Assembly: GCA_002633005.1 (NCBI GenBank)
Contig: NMRA01000353.1
Location: forward strand, 257,625 to 321,624
Direction: 5' to 3'
DNA length: 64,000 nt
Source of the DNA: Phoronis australis
Taxonomy: Eukaryota > Animalia > Phoronida
Position 1 is the stretch's first letter; every line of letters starts with the position of its first letter. Positions 49,302 through 61,843 of the stretch are shown one piece after another. The notes under the pieces are model-generated. The model did not search any database and was not told the DNA's origin. It saw only the letters and a program-made list of their open reading frames with translations. Position numbers and translations under genes: made by a program.

Positions 49302-51973
49302 TCAAAAACGTGCAAGCAGAAATACAACTACGGTATGAAAAATTTGAATTTCGCGGGGCGTCTCAGCAGAGCTCCTCAAAACACGTCTTCTCGCTCCGCC
49401 ATTTTAACCGGAAGTCGATTTTTCTAATGTTGATAGAACATAACTTGTGGTTTTTGCAATGCATTAATCATGTTGAATGCATTTATATTAAGTGGCCTCA
49501 TTGAGTTGAACAGAAAACAAATTAAACGTAACACAATAATGTTTCGAAAATAAATAGAGCAGTAACAGGACTCCCTAAGAATCAAGCTTGTTTTCGAAAA
49601 CTGCGCCATTGATGATTTGATTGGTTCATGCACTTACGGCGAGAAAATGATAGATCAAGTATCGTGCACGTGTGCACTGTAGCAACACTTTGTATCTTAT
49701 TCATATTTGGCCAATCTGTTGATACAGTAAAATTCCTTATTTATGCCCATCCTGATTTGACCGCAACTTGAACTGAGTTGGGTTCTACCATATTGTGGTT
49801 GGTATAGGGACCCACATGGTGATTACTCGAATGGGCTTCATTTTGCCGGCTATTTCAAATTGCGTAGCGGAAGTAAATGAACAAAGTGGATGATTGTCAT
49901 CACCGGAATTTCATCATCAGTATCTTTCGCCAGGTGCTCAAATTTTCTGAGACTAGGGATTGTCACATTTGAAAGGTAGAAGTGTTTCGCTGGATTTCCA
50001 GGTCTGTGGCGTTATTTACACCGGACCAAACTTAAAAAAATGAGGACCTTGTTTTTAAAAATCGGGAGCCGCATAAAAAATTGCAGGTGGCCTGATACAC
50101 TTTGTACTAGACGTGCGCAGGCAGTGCATGTGGGCCTATTGCAGTGATCAATTGGAACCATTTTTATACTTTATTAATATATAGTTACACCGAGCTGAGG
50201 AACTTGAACTCTCACTCACGCATGCGCGCACCCAGCCTGAAATATAGCAGGGCTCGAATTTTTGAGAGTATGGACTACAAAATAAGAAAGGGGTAATACG
50301 TTCAGGGCTATGAATTGTGCCGAATTCTTGCCGTTTTAGTGGACTTTTGTCTCTTTTTCTTTGGACTTTTTGTTTCCCAAAAGCGGACCTTTTTTGCCCA
50401 TTTCGCCAAATAGAATTCGAACCCACGACCTCGAGTAAAGAAAGTAGGCACCTACCACACTAAACCAGACGGCCTCCACCAGGAGCTACATAGGCTATAG
50501 GGTATAATTTGTGTAGACGTTTCTCTGCGTTGCGAGTTTTGATAGAAATGGGCCAGTCTGTAGCCAACTACGGTAAATTTATAATTGATTGCGTGCAGTG
50601 TAACTGAAATTCATAAAAAGTAAAGCTGGACTTCCAAAGCGCTTGATCTGATTTGACATTTCACATAATACTCAGTATATTTTACGTACGGGACCCTTTT
50701 GTTAAATTAGGAGTAGGATTGGTTCATTATGTACCCTTGAGGTGGTATAGGACTTTACAAAACCGGTTGAAGAATTTTGTTTTTGTCATAAACGTTTATT
50801 TGAAAGGCTTAAGTTTATAAATGTTTAGGACTTAAGGCGGAAATTAAAAAATCATTTGTCCGCTTACAAAAAATTAATATTGAAGAATAAAAACAGCCTT
50901 CACACCCCTCCATGTTTTCAAAAAAGTTGAAACTCGGGTTAGTTGGTTGAATTTTCATAGACTGCAATGTACTTGGCTAAGAAGTGAGGCATACATTCGA
51001 CATGAAATGATTGTTTAACCTGCTGTTGAATTGCGAGATAGGTTTTGAGAAGGCCAGTTGGTTATTTCTGGATTATGTGATCTTTATTTATGTTAAATGT
51101 TTTACAAGCATTCAATCGGCGAAATCGGTGATCCAAATCCCGACGAAATGTGCGCATTCTGTTAAGATAGTAACCGCCTGATAAGTGCTAGCGAAGATGA
51201 CTAATTTGGTTAATTCGCCTACTAGACTATGGCTGAAGTTCCTCGTAAGGACAGGAGTTCGTGAATCGTTATCTTTTGAAAGAATTTAGCGGACAATTTT
51301 CGTCAAAAAATTACCAGGTAACGTTCATCAAAAAGGAGTAAAGAACAATGGATATGTGAGATAGAATTAAGTCAGTAGTAGGCCAACCAGTAGCCAGCCA
51401 GCTAGCTGTATGAAGACTATTATTTAGTATACAGCTTTGTACTGACCAAGGCTGGCCTACCAGAAGTTCTTAAAAACATCCATCATCAAAATGTCTTGAA
51501 CATATATGTAAAGTACTATTTTCATTAACATTTATACAAGACATAAGGTTTTTCTCCCACAGCCGATTATGGGGTCTCCGTACGCTATGGAAGCTAACGC
51601 CTTTGCATTTCGCTTGTGTAGCCGAACACCCGGCGTGCGTTCAGTAGACGCTAGGACCTACGCTAGGACCTAGCTAAAACCTAGTCAAAGTCACGTGTTC
51701 GTATTTAAAATACACGGCAACATCTCACGTAATCTCGCGAAGTCTTGCTTTTTAGCGAGGTCCTAGCGTTAATGAACGGGAGGCCGGCCACACAGCAACA
51801 CAAAAGGTAGCCACAGCAACCGACCATGATTAGCAGACGACGTACTTGCCGGAAATAATACCAGATAATTTAGCCAGGTGACGCTAGTGAATAATGACGT
51901 AACGGCTTGTGCGAAACAGCACAGATTTCGTCCACTGAGTTGGCAGTCGATGTACTATAGTAAGCACGCAAAT

Positions 51974-52045
51974 ATGTTCAGCAAAGTACATTCCGTGTTG
52001 CGGACGCACAAATCAAGATGTCTGCGACTACTGACAAATATGGCG
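51974..52045 (+). CDS. Exon 1 of a second NPL-like paralog (MFSKVHSVLRTHKSRCLRLLTNMA)
   Basis: Colinear with 13806-13877: same 72-nt length and GTAAG donor. The downstream intron sequence (52046-56750) aligns in blocks with 13878-16660. Confidence 0.7.
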
Positions 52046-52759
52046 GTAAGAAATGAACGAAAACAGGGGCATAGTTTGCGACGCATTTGAAGACCATGAG
52101 CTTGTCGGTGAGTGATATTTCGCCAACAATTCACCGGAATTCATGGCCTGTGGACGCCACAGACTTGCACCTATATTGCAGACACTCAGCCGAGTGTTGC
52201 CTACGGCCGATGAGCTCATTGTGGACTCAGTAGCGCGCAATCATCTGATTATGGACTATCTCACAATAGCAGTCGGGTTAGGTGTCCAGTAGTCGGGCAA
52301 ATGGGTTACAGACCTGCTCGTATATTGCTCTGTGGTAACCTGATCAGCAGCTGTTTACTTGCCCTATTTTCTTTTGTGGTTGGTTAATACCACTGGGGCT
52401 CTTACATCGGGGAGGTGTCCCTCTAGTACAGAACGTGGCGCTCAGAAGCCATCCAATGGATGACATATTCACCACCACTCTCTACAAAAGGGCGCCTTTT
52501 CACTCTTTGAGTTTGAATTCTGCAAAACGGGGTCAGTCTTTGCAACACTGTCGGATCTCTAAAAGCATGGGCAATTAACCTATACTATTCTCTGTCTGGT
52601 AGCATACAAAATTTAAATATAGTCGAGTACCCTCCGCGGGTTTAGTACCGTAGCCCAGTGGATTATCTCAACACTGAATGCAGTAGGCCACGACCACCGT
52701 ACTTATTTTGTTGCTTTGTCCCAGACAAGCGCATGTATTATAACAACAGATATTTGTTT

Positions 52760-55444
52760 CACCCCGGCCAGCCCGCGACCAAGAACGCCCGGAAGGCGAC
52801 CGAGAACAAAATGTGGCGTGAGAAGCGAAGCCATACAAGGTGAGTAAATTTGATGAATTTCCGTTGCTTTTACTTTCAATGTCAAAACACTTGAGAGACG
52901 TGAGGAAGGACAGGTAGAGGTTTAGGCCGGTGTCTCTTCCAATTATTGGAGACAAGTTACGTTAATCGAAACATCGCATGAGCCGAAGGTGATTTGTATG
53001 TTATTGTTTGTGTGGCAAATGGCAGTTATTTTTGGAACTAAATCAGTAAATTAATCATGGTGTTATGAAGAAATGACGTGTGAAAATATAACGCAACTCT
53101 TGTTTTTCGTGGTTTTGTCAGGATCTCTGATAGTTCGACACTTTTGTGTTGAAAGAACCCAATGTTAAGCGATCGGGAACGCAAATTTGTGTTTTTTTTG
53201 ATGGCGATCGGGAACGCATCGTGGTGTGTCGAACAATAATGAACTTTTACTTATAAAACGCGAACAAAAAGGTTACAAAATAAGTGTGGTGCAAGGAATT
53301 AATCACATTTTGATATTTAAACAATAGCATAGCATATTATTATTAAATCGCCATGAGCATTACATGTATATCAAGCATTCTATTTTAGTTATAAATATTT
53401 TCACAAATTATTTTATTTTCATTTCAGGAAACAAGTTCAATTATTGTGAGGCGAGCTTCAACTTTACGAACATGTTACCAACGGCGTGAAGGTACACCCT
53501 ACCAGGGTTTTGAAATCTACTTAAGACGAAACCACTGGGAACAAGGGGCTCTAAACTATGAATCACCTAGGAGTTGTTCTTTGTGGCGTGTCAGCCAGGG
53601 GTAAACAAATTGTTGCTGCAGATCAAAGCGAGTGTCGAATCTTCTTGTAAAATTTTGACAGCAAAAGGAAAAAAAGAACAAACACACCAGTGAAGTCAAA
53701 GAATGGTGATGAGCTTGCCCATAGGAAGAGAGAGGATTGCGGAAACACCATTCATGAGATCAGTGATTCAAAGATTCCCGCTCATGAACGACTTGGATTT
53801 AAAAAAAAAATGCCAGAAGTTGTGTAAACTGCTGTGCTGATAAGACGGGTGGGATTTTGTTTGGTGTTTAACTGATAACATCGATACAGACATGAACAGA
53901 TTGGATGTACATTTTGTTTGACTCTTTTGTTTTGTAGTCTTGGTCCTGAGTTCACCGTGTATGTTCAGTTCATGATCACCAGTTGACATTGAAAAAGAGC
54001 GAGACGAGTTATAATACACGTGCTTTATCCCATAGGCGTTGAATCTGTCGAGGGAAATACGGCCATGTAATAAAATTTTCGGTATTCACCTCCCGCACTA
54101 CTTCAACAATGACCTCTGACATGGAAAGTTCAAAAGGTAGGCCAATGTCGACTCAACGTCGTTAGCCCCTTCGATCACCAAACTTTCGGAAAATAGGTTA
54201 AAGTAATACAATTATAGGAGTGTAAATAACGCTCAACATACAACCAGGTCTCAATCGTAACATCTGAAATAGGACTGCTATTGTATGACAGTTTTGTCTC
54301 AGTTTCATTTGCTAACTATTTTATCGTCTGCAACTCAGACGCCGATTCCTTGGTAACTACAATATCAAATGTTGTAATTTAACTATTTTCAGGAGATGTT
54401 ACAAGTTCAGAGAAAAGTTACCCTTGTTTTCATCTTTGTTATCTCTTTTCAAGTAATAAATCGTCACATTTAAAACTGTTTCTTTTACTACAGAAACATG
54501 CAGCCTAACGCGCAAGTACATACACGATGTTTCATGTTGTGTTTTCTTATATTGGTAAAAAAAACTTGCCCCATGCATCACATCAATCACGGGGCTGGTA
54601 AAGGTCTTGCTTGCTGTAGTGTCACTGTTTGATTGCCACGTGGTCATACAAAGTCGATTTCTTCCTGAACGAAACTCCGCTACACTCACTGTTTTGTCAC
54701 ATGCAGCAGCTGTACTACTCTTTTTTGAAGGCGTGGACGTTAACCCCATAAAGGACTGGTCGTGTGGCTACAGTTCAACTGAAAAATTAAACGCATTTAG
54801 TTATATTTGTTAGGCTAAATCTCACAAAGAAATCATGAAAAACGGTGAAATGTAGTTAACAATCAACCCATCAGCTAATTCAGGGTCCTTATCTATTCTA
54901 GAATTATTCACATGACACGGTAACTTGAACGACTATTCAGGTCAATGCTAAGAAAAAAAGTGGGTTCACCATCGCTTTTTGCGTTTGTGATCGCCATAGA
55001 GAATTAACGACTTCATTCCTGATAGCTGTCTCACACAAGTAACTGCTCGTATTAGTAAATATCTCGAATTGTTTCACAAATCATAACTAACAAAGGTGTC
55101 ACCAGGGACGAATAAACTATAAACGTCACACGTTTTTACTTAAGAACCCTTGATTTGTAGAAATTGTCGATTTTACAAAGCGCGAGGCATTTTACTGAAA
55201 GCCATTGCATTCTGCGCTCTTTATTTTAAAAAAATAAGCAAAAGCCAAATATTATTTCAGATCCACAACAAAGACTAAACTCTGACGCTTTTCTGTCTGT
55301 CGCATTCGTGCCAAAATAGCATCTATTTAAGAAGAAAATGGCACTTAAACTCACCGCGTACGCCACTGTCGTCTGCAATTTTTGGTGCAAGGTCTCGTTC
55401 TCGATCGCCTTCCTGGCGTTCTTGATCGCGGGTTGGCCGTGGTG
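52760..55444. mobile_element. About 2.7-kb TIR DNA transposon with CAC..GTG termini inserted in intron 1 of the NPL duplicate
   Basis: About 48-bp imperfect TIR (caccccggccagcccgcgaccaagaacgcc..). TTGTTT on both flanks. Absent from the homologous intron of copy 1 (about 14960). Confidence 0.75.
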
Positions 55445-57208
55445 TTGTTTGTGTTCCTGGTATTTTATTGAAATTATTATAACGGCATGGAGCCACACAA
55501 TCAGGAAAGGCGCCTTGTTGGATTTTAAGTTATTGAGTCCATTCATAAATTACTGTAACCTATTCACGTCTCCTGAACTTCACCCAGATGCTGCGTAGAT
55601 ATAAAAATGTACCCTCATTTACCGCTCGGATGTACGTCAATCAGGCTATGAGATAGTCCAGTACATCAGATAAGTATTCGCATAGCTAACACGACAGATT
55701 CCTCCTGAGTCCACATAAATATTTTACAAAAAATAATGACACACATTTGTGCCATGCCTTGAAACTTTGTTATTACAAAAAGCCGTAGAAACCGGCTTTG
55801 GTGAGAAATTCGGTGCCGACCTGACACCAAACTTTTGAAATGATGAACCCCATGAGCCAATTGCTGAATAGTCGATGATAGGGTTGATGTAACATTACAA
55901 CTCACAGACCTTCACAAGTCCACGAGAACACCTCAGGTGAAAACAAAATTGGCCAGAAGTCTAGAGATCTCCAAGAGTGATCTGCTATATGTTGCAAAGT
56001 TACGAGTTCGCGAGAAAAATAGCAACAAGGCAAGTGGAAATATGTATGAAGTATCATTTATTTCATGTCTCCTCTAAGTTTTATGTTCCAGGGATACTAG
56101 AAATCTATGATTCGTGTAGTCATAAGTTGTATTAATAGAATGTATGGCGGAGCTTGTCGAAGCCATATACCAGCCACTCTAATAGTCGTCTCAGAGAATT
56201 GTATGCTTAAGTGTTACATTGCACCTTTAAGTTCGATGACATGATTGGTGCTCTGTTCCGTTGCACAACTGACGATGGAAAAATTATCTGTACCTGATTA
56301 ATACAGCGTAAAGTTTTGTTAGGGTCCCCACTGGTATTGTGGTGCAAGGAAAAAAAAATACATGAGGCTTGTCGGTAGTGCGGTTTCCGCAAGTCACATG
56401 CGTTGCTACTCACAAATGTTCCGCATTTATGATTGGTAGCATAATTTACACCAGATCCCAATAAAGAAAAGAAACACCGGCTTCGTATTCTGACGTCTTT
56501 CCCGGGCGCATTTTCAGCCGATCGTGACGTATATCACGTGCTTTGATGTCCTGCAAGCACTCTTCTCCGTAAGTCGTTGATCTGCGCTGTAAGGGTCCCA
56601 AGGTCATTGAAAATACATCTTTTGGCTTTCGATGTAAACGAATATATGTAGGCCAATATGAAGGCGGTCGCGTTGTTTACATTGCTCGCTCCCTGGTTAG
56701 TTGAAATTAACATGTTCATTGACATGCCGGAACTATACCTTCCCCGTACCAAATGCAGATCTCTGTTAAAGATGCTATGTCTCATTAAATTGTGAATATG
56801 CAAATGAAGTACTAGTTTACAAACAACCAGGGTCTTCCGGTGTGCCGGAAACCATCCGAGAACCAGTTACAATTACAATATCGGAAAAGTCTCGTTTTGC
56901 GAGACTATTTTTATGTAAATGAGTATGGTAATATGTCATCGTTACCCTAATGAAACAAGGCCCAGTTTTTATTATTTGTCAATTTCACTATCAAAGAACG
57001 ATTGTGTAATATTCCTAATTACCTGGGTTTTTGTATTTTCTCACTTGTTTTTCAGTGTATCAGTTGTGGTGTTTTGTTTAAAACTGTAATTTATTATGAA
57101 TTGTTTCTTTTCCTGATGATACTTGTACACACAATTCTCCAGGAAGTCACAAGGTGGCGCTTGTTACAAATTTAAATATTCACGGTTTTATGAGACCTAG
57201 CATCTTTA

Positions 57209-58108
57209 CTTGCTGGTTCCCTGCGTGCCGCTAGGTGGTCAGAGCCAGCACGCAGGTATCACTTAATTTTCCTCGGGAAATTTTTGCACACCGGCGTTTC
57301 TGATTGGCTAGTGGAATTCTCAACAGACAGCGCTTTACGCAAACAAACTGGCATGAGTGATGGACTGAAGGGTAAAATGTGGTCTATTGTCCGACAAATC
57401 GGTGCTTAAAATTTCTGTTCGGGAAATGTGAATCCTAGAAATTGTGGTTGCGCCTTTTCGGAGTGCATCTTTTTACTGTCGCTGACTTTTGTTTACGATG
57501 CTGTCCTGTATTCATATAGTATGAATACATAACACACCGGTTAAATTGGTCAGATATGTGTTTATTGTACCTGTATGTGCTTCAAGCACGCGGCTGTTAA
57601 ACATCACTCAGGGGCGGATCCAGGATTTTGAGTTGGGGGGGGGCCAGGCACAGGAATAAGCAACATTCCGGCAGATGTACGCCCCCAGCCTAAAATCCGG
57701 GGATGCAGGGGTCTTGAATTCTTGGGTTTTGCGGACCTGTTGACTAAAAAAAACGGTAAACGGGGTTTATTCAGGGCTTATGCGTTGTTTATTCACCCGC
57801 CAAGACCCCCTGGTTGCGCATGTGCTAGTCAGTAATTCGCACCCGAACTCACAAATGGGATCTGGTACAATTTTAGAGGGGGCCATAGCCCCCTGGCCCC
57901 CTCTCTAAATCCGCCACTGTCACTGCAGAAACGAAATAGTTGCTGCGACGCCACTTGCATGACAAGGCTAAAAATCGATCATAGTCAGCCATTTTTCCAC
58001 GGTGTTGTAAAGGTAACCATTGACTGCTGAGGTTACATCAACTAATGCTAAAGCGCGTGCCACTGCGTCATACCTGCTTGCTGGCTAGGCACGCAGGGTA
58101 CCAGCGAG
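57209..58108. mobile_element. Mutator/MULE-like MITE copy 2 (10-bp TSD AGCATCTTTA)
   Basis: TSD at 57199-57208 and 58109-58118. Colinear with 42638-44198. Confidence 0.8.
57609..57919. mobile_element. MITE CAGGGGCGGAT..ATCCGCCACTG with 5-bp TSD TCACT
   Basis: TSD at 57604-57608 and 57920-57924. The empty site aacatcactgcagaaacg is present at about 44001. Confidence 0.9.
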
Positions 58109-59174
58109 AGCATCTTTAAACCCTTCACACCATGGTCATAAATGGTTGAATTCGGTTACCAACAATTTTGGTATCTTATTTTAAGTATTTCTTCTTCAGT
58201 TTGCGTACTTTTAATCTAGAAATAAACGCTAAAATTAAATAATTATTTTTGTGTAACGTCATCAGTGAATCCGGTCTCCACCATTGTCTTGTTGTACACC
58301 ACTCACGAGCCGAAGTGGCCTCGAAAACTGAGTTCGACTGTGTATTATGAAAAGTTGGATGTAGGGAGGATGCATTAAGAGCATTCGGACAGGCAATATT
58401 TCAATTTTTGCGTTTCCAAAATACCCTAATATCGCCTAGGCACAGGGTCGTGCGTCGGAAAGTACACGGTGGAGCAAGCGAAAAGTTCCGGGGCCACGCT
58501 GTTCTCAGCCCATTATGAAGAATCGTGCTTCGATCTCTTGCAGAAGCAGAGATTTGACGAAGGTTTCTCCAACGTGTAGGTGTATTTTTCGAGAAATGGT
58601 GTATTGTTTTGTACCATTGGTGCCGCAGTTGTCAGGGACATATTGAGTATGAGCCTCACCATCAAATTGTGACTGAGGCAATGAATATGATTGCAGAAAG
58701 TTTCCATCAATCTGTTCTTGTTCATGATTTTGTGGGAATGCATGCTTGCCAAATTTAAGTCAATGCCTAATAGTAGAAAATGGGATGTAGATGCCACGCA
58801 AGTAGTTAGAGCTGATAACAACAGCTGACACAGAGGCCGGAGTCGGACACTGGACCGAAATAATCGACGAATCACAACGGTACAAAACGTTCATGATTTT
58901 GGAACATATAGGACAGAAATTGTTGCCTTGTTTGGAATGTTACAGAACTCCAAGAGTACCAACTGTAACAACACTGATGTTGATATTCGAAACGTCGATT
59001 AATAAATACTTTTGAGCTCTACAGTAAAGTTGAGATTTAATTCAAGAGTTTTCTTTCTTGTGTATTTGAAGTTTGGGTTGACGAAATTTAAAACTAACTT
59101 AGACAAATCGCAACATTGGCGTTTATTAACAAGACACGTGTCTGACTTTCAATGCAAACACTTTCAAAAGTATG

Positions 59175-59218
<44 letters not shown>

Positions 59219-59223
<5 letters not shown>

Positions 59224-60955
59224 CATTGAAAAGTAAGCTGTTCTTTGCTTTAATTAGTTTGTACAACAAACTTTCGTAGTGTCTACACAAGTGTCTTTCA
59301 TCGGATGGTAGTTGATATAATAGATCGCCCAGTGTAAGTGGCATCACGAACACATATATATGAGTAAATATATAATAAAACTCTGTACAAAACATATCAT
59401 AATAAAACAGTAGCGGTACTTCGACTATACATCAGTCATCAAAGGCAAATAAATTTAAAAATCATAAACGCTATCGTGTAAGATACATGAAACAAGAACA
59501 ATGACATTAAACACAAATATAAGGTTGCATACATAAGAGCGCAATTACAGAAGGAATTGTCATGGAAACTAAATTAAATGTACACTGTACTATGTAACGT
59601 AGTAAAATTTAATAAAATNNNNNNNNNNNNNNNNNNNNNNNNNNNNNNNNNNNNNNNNNNNNNNNNNNNNNNNNNNNNNNNNNNNNNNNNNNNNNNNNNN
59701 NNNNNNNNNNNNNNNNNNNNNNNNNNNNNNNNNNNNNNNNNNNNNNNNNNNNNNNNNNNNNNNNNNNNNNNNNNNNNNNNNNNNNNNNNNNNNNNNNNNN
59801 NNNNNNNNNNNNNNNNNNNNNNNNNNNNNNNNNNNNNNNNNNNNNNNNNNNNNNNNNNNNNNNNNNNNNNNNNNNNNNNNNNNNNNNNNNNNNNNNNNNN
59901 NNNNNNNNNNNNNNNNNNNNNNNNNNNNNNNNNNNNNNNNNNNNNNNNNNNNNNNNNNNNNNNNNNNNNNNNNNNNNNNNNNNNNNNNNNNNNNNNNNNN
60001 NNNNNNNNNNNNNNNNNNNNNNNNNNNNNNNNNNNNNNNNNNNNNNNNNNNNNNNNNNNNNNNNNNNNNNNNNNNNNNNNNNNNNNNNNNNNNNNNNNNN
60101 NNNNNNNNNNNNNNNNNNNNNNNNNNNNNNNNNNNNNNNNNNNNNNNNNNNNNNNNNNNNNNNNNNNNNNNNNNNNNNNNNNNNNNNNNNNNNNNNNNNN
60201 NNNNNNNNNNNNNNNNNNNNNNNNNNNNNNNNNNNNNNNNNNNNNNNNNNNNNNNNNNNNTTAGCTTCAATGTTGCACATGTAAAAATCAGCAAAAGTTG
60301 GTCCAAGAGGTGATCCCATGGATACACCATTGGTTTGTAAATACAGTTTGCCATCGATGTTCCTAAAAGGTACTTTTGTAGTGCAAAGTAACAACAAATC
60401 TCGAATTACCTCTTTGGGAATACTGGGAGGAGCCATTGATACATGGTTGTACATAGCAGATATTATTATTTCTACAGTTTCAACAACGGGGACGTTAGTA
60501 AATAAACTTTCAACGTCAAGAGATACAGGATAGGAATTTGGTGTTGCGTCAATAGATCTCAATAAATCTAAAAATTCATCACGAGATTTCACATTGTACT
60601 TATAGGGTAGGTATTGTTTAATAAGTTTATCTAATGTTTTAGCAATTTCATAGGTAGGGGTTAACACTTGGGAAATGATGGGTTTTAGTGGGTACCCTTG
60701 CTTGTGTGTTTTAGGGTTACCGTACAAGTATCCTTCTGAAAAATCACCCTCAACAATTTTGAAATACTGTTTATGAACATTAGCTAGTTTAATTAAACTC
60801 TTTCTTAAGATTATTTATGGGGTTACGATTTATACTCTCAAACTTTGACTTGTCAGCGATGATATTATTCAGCTTCTCTTTGTACTCATTCTTATTCATT
60901 ATGACGTACGCAGTTGTCTTATCGGACTTCCTAATAACGATGTCATCATAATTTT
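59219..60955 (-). mobile_element. Penelope-like element (RT, gap, then a 3' pLTR-like segment with an ORF N-terminus) ending in (TA)n 59179-59218
   Basis: IRKSDK, YGNPKTHK..PLKPIIS, SLDVESLFTNVP, QTNGVSMGSPLGPTFADFYM. The downstream MPLTLGDLL..KLIKAKNSLLFN resembles a PLE ORF start. Confidence 0.85.
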
Positions 60956-61019
60956 TTGTCATTGGGAATGAATGTACACCTTAAACCTCGATTTGATTTG
61001 TACAAAAAACGTGCTGCCA

Positions 61020-61843
61020 TGTCAAAGAAATAATGGAATGTTCTAAAATTATATTACGATTTTGTGGTAGTGATGAATTGCTTTCTTCTTCTTACATGTG
61101 TAACACCCACTACACCAAGCAATTGTTCGCATTGCTAGTATCCTGGTGCATTGAATAGAGAACACCGGCATGCAAAATTCAGTGTTGGGTGGAGGTGAAA
61201 CTAGCAGTGAGCTGGGAGCAACATGTTTGTCAATGGTCAGGGGAGCAACCAAAATTTGTGACGATGGGAGGGGCTCAACACCCATGTGACATACCCCATT
61301 GGTTTACCTATTTAGCACTCCTCCCATGTAACCCCCCTGGGAGGGGGTCAACACACATTTGGCGCCCACCTGGTTTATGCCTGGTACCCCCTTAGCTGTC
61401 ACCTGGGGGGAATTACCCTCTGAACCCTCAGGAGCAATCATTCAAATTTTGTAGTTCGTGGAGGTATGAACTGTTATAAGGAAAGATAATTTGCCTTGTT
61501 AAGAACTCAAACATGAAACAAAACCGTGATAGATTTTGAAGGGAGCTTCAAGAGAATAAAAACAAATACACTTTAATATTGATTAAAATACACATTTTCT
61601 TTCTCATTCGATTATAAGTGGATGTTAGTTTACGTATTCTATCCATTTTCAATAACACAGTAATTTTATTGCACGTTGAACGTCATTAAAGTATGAATTC
61701 GTCAGTGTTTACATTGTTCGGACTGCGCTCCTAAGTAAGTGTTGATTATTCACCGCTTGGAGCGCTAGTGTTTCGACCGGTAACCATTGCGGCGAATGGT
61801 AAAATGGCGGAGTGAACTCTCCTATACTCGTACACTCCTTGGT
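61020..61843 (-). repeat. Inverted paralog of 38382-38726 plus 40153-40460
   Basis: Reverse-complement similarity of both blocks. The 38-40 kb copy is interrupted at TTAA by the KolX element and the gap. Confidence 0.85.

Larger units (their letters stand above)
45142..49415 (-). mobile_element. Near full-length L1/Tx1 retrotransposon (5'UTR, ORF1, ORF2), 3' end missing
   Basis: 5' end acttccggttaaaatggcgg. ORF1 48633-49301. ORF2 from ATG 48038 with APE, RT and zf-RVT, broken by frameshifts and a gap. Confidence 0.9.
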
